Positions 59,516 through 64,000 of a stretch of DNA of 64,000 nucleotides are shown here, piece after piece (position 1 is the first letter of the stretch; each line of letters starts with the position of its first letter). The DNA comes from Spirochaetota bacterium (GTDB lineage: Bacteria; Spirochaetota; Spirochaetia; Treponematales; Treponemataceae): positions 4,118 through 68,117 of the forward strand of contig JAEEQG010000031.1 in the NCBI GenBank assembly GCA_016285185.1, written 5' to 3'. A program made the position numbers and the translations under genes. Below the pieces are notes generated by a model that ran no database searches, was not told where the DNA came from, and worked only from the letters and a program-made list of their open reading frames with translations.

Positions 59516-59821
59516 ATGATAAGCGGATTCCCCAGCCCCGCGCAGGGCTATGAAAGCAGTACGATAGATTTGAACACAATCCTCATAAAGCACCCTGCCG
59601 CAACCGTTTTTATGCAGATAGAAAGTTCACGCTACCGCAATATGGGCATTTATGACGGTGACCTGCTTGTAATTGACAGGGCGCTGCCGTTTAATCCAAA
59701 AGCTCTTGTGGTTTATGAATCGGAAGGACATTTTGCACTGGGGCGCGCGTGTAACATAGGGGATGAGATGCTTATTACTGGCACAATAACTTACATAATA
59801 CACACGGTAAAAAGAACATGA
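59516..59821 (+). CDS. umuD: UmuD-like Pol V accessory subunit, natively UmuD-prime-length, with catalytic Ser/Lys replaced
   Basis: It starts MIS-GFPSPAQGY..., where E. coli UmuD reads ...C24/G25FPSPAADY. IDLNTILIKHPAATVF and GIYDGDLLVID are conserved. It overlaps umuC by ATGA. Confidence 0.75.
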   Translation: MISGFPSPAQGYESSTIDLNTILIKHPAATVFMQIESSRYRNMGIYDGDLLVIDRALPFNPKALVVYESEGHFALGRACNIGDEMLITGTITYIIHTVKRT

Positions 59822-61074
59822 TTCTGCACGCCGACGGAAACTCTTTTTATGCCTCGTGCGAGCAGATTTACCGTCCCGACCTGCGCTCAAAACCGGTGGC
59901 GGTTCTCTCCAACAATGACGGCATAATAATCGCTCTGAACAAGGAAGCAAAAGCCTGCGGAATAAAGCGCGGAGACCCTTACTTTAAGGTGCGTGCCTTG
60001 TGTGCTTTGCACGGTATTACAATCTTTTCCAGCAATTACACCCTTTATGCGGACATCAGCCGGAGAATTACTTCCATATATGCCGAATACGCGCCCGAAA
60101 TTGAAGTGTATTCCATTGACGAATCTTTTTTGTTCTTTGATGACTGCAACTGGTCTATAAAAGACTATGAAGAAATCGGGCACGACCTTAAGCGCAGAAT
60201 TATGAAGGAAGTAGGAATTCCCATCTGCGTGGGAGCCGCACCCACAAAAACTCTCGCCAAGCTGTACAACAAGCGGGCAAAAGAACACGGCGGTGTTTTT
60301 GTATATGATTCTGCCGGTGTGGATGCGCTTTTGCAAACCACACCCTGCGGAGATATTTGGGGAATAGGTCCTGCCCGCGCAAAGACCCTTGCACAGCGTG
60401 GTGTTAAAAACGCACTTATGCTAAAGCACATGCCGCTTTGCGATGCTAAAAAGCTTTTGACTGTTCAGGGCATGGGTACTGTTCAGGAACTGAACGGAAT
60501 CCGTGTGATGGATAAAAACACAAGGCAAAAAAAGGATGTGATTACTTCAAGCAAGCAGTTTTCCATAAAAGTATATGATATGGAAACAATCGAGTGTGCC
60601 ATGGTTGAATACACCGAGATTGCTGTTGAGAGGATGCGCAAACAGGGGTCTGAGTGTCAGGCTGTGCAGGTTATTATCTCAACGTGCAACTATTACAGCG
60701 ATGACGCAAGCTTGCAGTATTCAAACGCGGCTGTTGTGCGCCTTCCGCGTTTTACCTCATACACGCCGGACATAGTAGCCGCCGCACGGCTTGCCCTGCC
60801 GCGGATTTTCCGCGAAGGGTACGGCTACAAGGTAGTTATGATAACGCTTTTGGAGCTGATGCCCGCGCAGTATCAGGGCTGGCTTTGGGTTGATCCTGTG
60901 GAAGACGTAAAAAAGCGCAATCTGATGGAAGCCGTTGATGCCATAACAGCTGCGTGCGGCCGCCATTCACTCACACTTGCCAAATCGTTCACCAAGGACG
61001 GCTGGCAGATGAAGCGCGAATTCCTGAGCCCCTGCGTTACCACAGACATAGACCGTGTTCCGGCCGTGCTGTGA
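59818..61074 (+). CDS. umuC: Y-family DNA polymerase V catalytic subunit
   Basis: ILHADGNSFYASCEQIYRPDLRSKPVAVLSNNDGIIIALNKEAKACGIKRGDPYF parallels the E. coli UmuC N terminus. SIDESFL is the catalytic DE. 418 aa. Confidence 0.9.
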   Translation: MILHADGNSFYASCEQIYRPDLRSKPVAVLSNNDGIIIALNKEAKACGIKRGDPYFKVRALCALHGITIFSSNYTLYADISRRITSIYAEYAPEIEVYSIDESFLFFDDCNWSIKDYEEIGHDLKRRIMKEVGIPICVGAAPTKTLAKLYNKRAKEHGGVFVYDSAGVDALLQTTPCGDIWGIGPARAKTLAQRGVKNALMLKHMPLCDAKKLLTVQGMGTVQELNGIRVMDKNTRQKKDVITSSKQFSIKVYDMETIECAMVEYTEIAVERMRKQGSECQAVQVIISTCNYYSDDASLQYSNAAVVRLPRFTSYTPDIVAAARLALPRIFREGYGYKVVMITLLELMPAQYQGWLWVDPVEDVKKRNLMEAVDAITAACGRHSLTLAKSFTKDGWQMKREFLSPCVTTDIDRVPAVL

Positions 61075-61100
61075 CGGAGAGATGGAAAGGAAATGAACTT

Positions 61101-61697
61101 TCAAATCTGTTTTTTAAAGACGTATGTCCAGTATTCTTCGTGCTCGTCGCTGAACGGCTCGTACAAGTCCTTGCGAACAAGTGAATAACCGTGTGTTTCG
61201 TACCAGTGCCAGTTACAGTCGCAGTCGGTCCAAAGGTAAAGGTTTTTCCAGCCCTGTGTGCGGAGCTGTTCACAGACCGCGTTTAAGAGTGCTGAACCGC
61301 AACCACGCTTTCGGCTCACAAAAAGCGAAAGTTTTATATCATCGTTGTTCATGATGCTGAATGTACGCTTGTCCAATATTTCAATGTACGTTCTGCTCAT
61401 ATCGGAAGCAATTTTTAAATTGTCGGGAAAGCGCTCAGAGTTCTTTGCAAACCATTCGGCGGCGCGGTTCACATCACCTTTGCGCGCAAAGAATGCGGCG
61501 GAAAGTATAGTTCCGCTGTCATCCACAAGCTGATAATTGTATTCGTTTTCAAAAATGTTGTTCCGCATGATGTATTCCACATTAAACCGCTTGAAATCGG
61601 CATCGCCGACCGGCGGACTCCAAAGTGGAACAAGTACGTCAAGAACAAGCGGAATATTCTTCATATCGAAAGGTTGAATCTTTGTCGTATCGGGCAT
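61101..61697 (-). CDS. GNAT-family N-acetyltransferase
   Basis: The C-terminal half FVSRKRGCGSALLNAVCEQLRTQGWKNLYLWT fits the acetyl-CoA binding motif A (R/Q-x-x-G-x-G/A). Confidence 0.65.
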   Translation of the reverse strand: MPDTTKIQPFDMKNIPLVLDVLVPLWSPPVGDADFKRFNVEYIMRNNIFENEYNYQLVDDSGTILSAAFFARKGDVNRAAEWFAKNSERFPDNLKIASDMSRTYIEILDKRTFSIMNNDDIKLSLFVSRKRGCGSALLNAVCEQLRTQGWKNLYLWTDCDCNWHWYETHGYSLVRKDLYEPFSDEHEEYWTYVFKKQI

Positions 61698-61837
61698 AGT
61701 GCTGTTATTATACTTTATCGCTTATGAAAAGACAATTAACCGCTATTGATAATAAATGTCGTTCGAATCCTTACAGAAAAATCTATCACCATTACGAATT
61801 TGTGCTATAATATCCATATGTTACAAAAGGAGTTTTT

Positions 61838-62236
61838 ATGAACGAAATTTATGAATTTATCAAAAAATGCGGAACATACTATCTTGCAACCGTAGAAGAC
61901 GGACAGCCGCGCAACAGACCGTTCGGTACAGTCAATGTTTTTGAAGGCAAACTCTATATTCAGACAGGAAAATCAAAGCCTGTTTCAAAGCAGATTCAAA
62001 AGAACCCAAAGGTAGAAATCTGCTGCTTTGACGGAAGCACCGGAAGCTGGCTGCGTCTTGCCGGTGAACTTGTGCGCGATGACCGCCGCGAGGCAAAGGC
62101 CGATATGCTGGCTCATTACCCCGACTTGCAGAAAATGTATTCGGCAGATGATGACAACACCGAAGTTCTTTACTTTAAGAATGCGACGGCCACAATTTCG
62201 AGCTTTATGGCTCCACCGCGCACTGTGACTTTCTAA
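61838..62236 (+). CDS. pyridoxamine 5'-phosphate oxidase-family (split-barrel flavin-binding) protein
   Basis: 132 aa. YYLATVEDGQPRNRPFG and VEICCF resemble the PNPOx-like fold. An SD (aaggag) and an extended -10 (tgcTATAAT, 61803-61811) are present. Confidence 0.6.
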   Translation: MNEIYEFIKKCGTYYLATVEDGQPRNRPFGTVNVFEGKLYIQTGKSKPVSKQIQKNPKVEICCFDGSTGSWLRLAGELVRDDRREAKADMLAHYPDLQKMYSADDDNTEVLYFKNATATISSFMAPPRTVTF

Positions 62237-64000
62237 GCAGCCTGAGGCTGTTCAGTACGGCAAGGATTGTTACTCCAACATCGCCGAATACAGCAAGCCA
62301 CATGTTGCTTATGCCGAGTGCACTTAAAAGCAGAATCAGACCTTTTATGCCGAGCGCGCCGTACAAGTTTTCGTAAACAATGCGGAGCGTGCGGCGGCTG
62401 ATTTTGATGCCGTCCACAATCTTGCTTGGTTTGTCTTCCATTATAATGATATCAGCTGCTTCAATCGCGGCATCGCTCCCCATGGAGCCCATCGCAATTC
62501 CTGCGTCGGCGCGTGCAAGAACAGGCGCGTCGTTTATTCCGTCTCCGGTAAAAATCAGTGTACCGCGCTTCTTTCCGTTCGGCGCTTTAAGTTCCGCCAA
62601 AAGTTCTTCTACCTTTGTAAGCTTATCGGCGCTCAAAAGCTGTGCGTAAGCTTTTTTGAGCCCAAGCTTTGCGGCTACTGTTTGTGCGGCGCGTTCGTTG
62701 TCACCCGTCAGCATAACGGCATTTTCAATGCCAAGCTTTTTAAGCCCTGCAACTGTTGCGGCGGAATCTTCCTTAATCTCGTCGCTTATTACAATATGAC
62801 CGCTGTACTTGCCTTCGCTCGCAACGTGAATAACCGTGCCGTCCTGATGTTCGGCACATTCTTTGTATGCTATTCCGAACTGTTCCATGAGCTTTGTGTT
62901 ACCTGCAAGAACCTGCTTGCCGTTTACAAGTGCCCTTATGCCTTTGCCCGTGATTTCTTCAACATTTTCAAGCTTTACCTGCTCGCAGCACTTATCGTGG
63001 TGCGCCGCCTTGAGAGAGGCCGAGATAGGGTGTGTTGAGAACATTTCGGTGTGGGTTGCAAGTGCAAGCAGCTCGTCCTCAGTAATTGCCGGGTCCGTTG
63101 CGTGGATATGTGATACAACAAAGTTGCCTTTTGTGAGAGTTCCGGTTTTGTCAAATACGGCTGTTTTCGTTTTACCGAGTGCTTCAAGATAAACGCTGCC
63201 CTTGATGAGAATACCCTGCCGTGCCGCCGCCGTGATACCGCCGCAGAACGTAAGCGGAATTGAAATAACAAGTGCGCACGGGCAGCTTACTACGAGGAAC
63301 ATAAGTGCGCGGTAAACCCAGGTTGACCAGTTTGACTGCCAGCCCCAGTTGCCGCTTGTTATTCCGATAAAAACGCTTGGAACGAGTGCCAGTGCTATTG
63401 CAGCGTACACTACAATCGGTGTGTATACGCGCGCAAACCGTGTTACAAACTGCTCCGACTTTGTTTTGTTCTCGGTGGCGTTTTCTACCAGTTCGAGGAT
63501 GCGGGCAAGCGCGGAATCTCCGGCATGCCGAGTTGTGCGGATTTCGAGAACGCCCTGCTTGTTGATTGAACCGGAAAGAACTTCGTCACCAAGACCGACG
63601 TGTCGCGGAATGCTTTCGCCGGTGAGCGCGGAAGTGTCTATAAAGCTTTCGCCGTCCACAACAACGCCGTCAATCGGAATGCGGTCACCGGGTTTTACGA
63701 TGATTACGGAGTCTTTTTCAACTTCGTCAGGATGCACGTCGCGTGTTCCGCCGGTGATTTTAAGCGTAGCGTGGTCGGGGCGCAGCTTGGCGATTTCTTC
63801 TATTGAGTCGCGGGATTTGTCCACGGCGTAGTCTTCGAACTTTTCGCCAATCTGGTACAAAATCATAATTGCAACGGCTTCTTCATATTTGCCTAGAAGA
63901 ATTGCTCCTATGGAAGAAACAGACATGAGAAAAGCCTCGTCCATCAGTTCGCCGTGAATCAGGTTTGAAAAAGCCCTTATGATTATGTCTTTGCCGGTGA
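62205..64000 (-). CDS. heavy-metal (Zn/Cd/Pb-type) P1B-type ATPase, C-terminal ~598 aa (5' end outside the window)
   Basis: The frame stays open to the window end (…TGKDIIIRAFSNLIHGELMDEAFLM…). It contains TGES, the CPC motif (VVSCPCALV), DKTGTLT, STHPIS and GDGINDAP. It overlaps the convergent PNPOx-like gene by 32 bp. Confidence 0.9.
   Translation of the reverse strand, partial: TGKDIIIRAFSNLIHGELMDEAFLMSVSSIGAILLGKYEEAVAIMILYQIGEKFEDYAVDKSRDSIEEIAKLRPDHATLKITGGTRDVHPDEVEKDSVIIVKPGDRIPIDGVVVDGESFIDTSALTGESIPRHVGLGDEVLSGSINKQGVLEIRTTRHAGDSALARILELVENATENKTKSEQFVTRFARVYTPIVVYAAIALALVPSVFIGITSGNWGWQSNWSTWVYRALMFLVVSCPCALVISIPLTFCGGITAAARQGILIKGSVYLEALGKTKTAVFDKTGTLTKGNFVVSHIHATDPAITEDELLALATHTEMFSTHPISASLKAAHHDKCCEQVKLENVEEITGKGIRALVNGKQVLAGNTKLMEQFGIAYKECAEHQDGTVIHVASEGKYSGHIVISDEIKEDSAATVAGLKKLGIENAVMLTGDNERAAQTVAAKLGLKKAYAQLLSADKLTKVEELLAELKAPNGKKRGTLIFTGDGINDAPVLARADAGIAMGSMGSDAAIEAADIIIMEDKPSKIVDGIKISRRTLRIVYENLYGALGIKGLILLLSALGISNMWLAVFGDVGVTILAVLNSLRLLRKSQCAVEP

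Noticed and set aside
61755-61775. GTTCGAATCC, the tRNA T-loop consensus, in the GNAT/PNPOx intergenic region; possibly a tRNA or an att-site remnant of an integrated element
   Set aside because: The flanking bases (tgtcg / cctta) cannot form a T-stem. No acceptor or anticodon arms are present, and no integrase or matching direct repeat was seen. A 10-mer match is compatible with chance.
54700-64000. An apparent rise in GC content (about 50-60% in spot-counted lines versus about 42% at 50-52 kb), suggesting a horizontally acquired block
   Set aside because: Spot counts in ilvD/ilvB and around 30 kb are equally high (53-55%). The block starts with housekeeping rlmB-ychJ, and no mobility genes or flanking repeats are visible. 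A proper sliding-window GC and codon-usage calculation is needed before any claim.
1-64000. Mobile elements, CRISPR arrays, prophage structural genes and toxin-antitoxin pairs
   Set aside because: I recognised no transposase, integrase, Cas or phage structural protein in any frame. The only regular repeat array (57829-57948) has 22-bp units without unique spacers and no cas genes, so it is not a CRISPR.

Overview
Tightly packed chromosomal segment of a spirochete, most likely a Treponema. That assignment is an inference from the cheA / cheW-cheR-like / cheX / cheY operon, a ~595-aa AlaRS lacking the C-Ala domain, and roughly 40-50% GC by eye. I call about 57 protein-coding genes. I saw no rRNA, tRNA, CRISPR array, transposase or integrase. 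Contents in order: ilvD (partial) and ilvB; the chemotaxis operon; an M24 aminopeptidase; a metallophosphoesterase plus lipoprotein; a Na/Pi cotransporter; a thrH-GH18-MBL operon; a DAACS-like transporter; ftsK; mgtC; an ABC-F ATPase; glnA; a glucuronoxylan debranching pair (GH67, and a GH43 fused to an SGNH esterase); ctp, rsmE and a TagA-like transferase; a sigma-54 activator without a DNA-binding domain; livHMGF; a CBS-ACT protein; alaS; a SurA-like protein; nusB; a TPR lipoprotein; a GGDEF protein; cimA; a DtxR-like regulator; prfA-prmC-rel; an LplABC-type sugar ABC system; rlmB-ychJ; and a partial heavy-metal P-type ATPase at the 3' edge. The most unusual part is 56.0-61.1 kb, a cluster of DNA-damage genes: a DEDDh exonuclease, a family-6 UDG/hypoxanthine glycosylase, a macro-domain gene broken at an A8 tract, DUF72, an autocleavable CI/HdiR-like S24 repressor, and umuD-umuC. 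In it the UmuD homologue is encoded already in the UmuD-prime form and has lost both catalytic residues. A 22-bp-phased array of ATTTACC/GGTAAAT half-sites sits upstream of DUF72. A second, window-wide observation concerns about 15 operon-leading genes. Each has a -10-like hexamer 5-9 nt upstream of its ATG, often with a good -35 and no Shine-Dalgarno, whereas operon-internal genes carry clear SD sites. This suggests extensive leaderless transcription. All calls come from reading the sequence and translations by eye; no database search was run.
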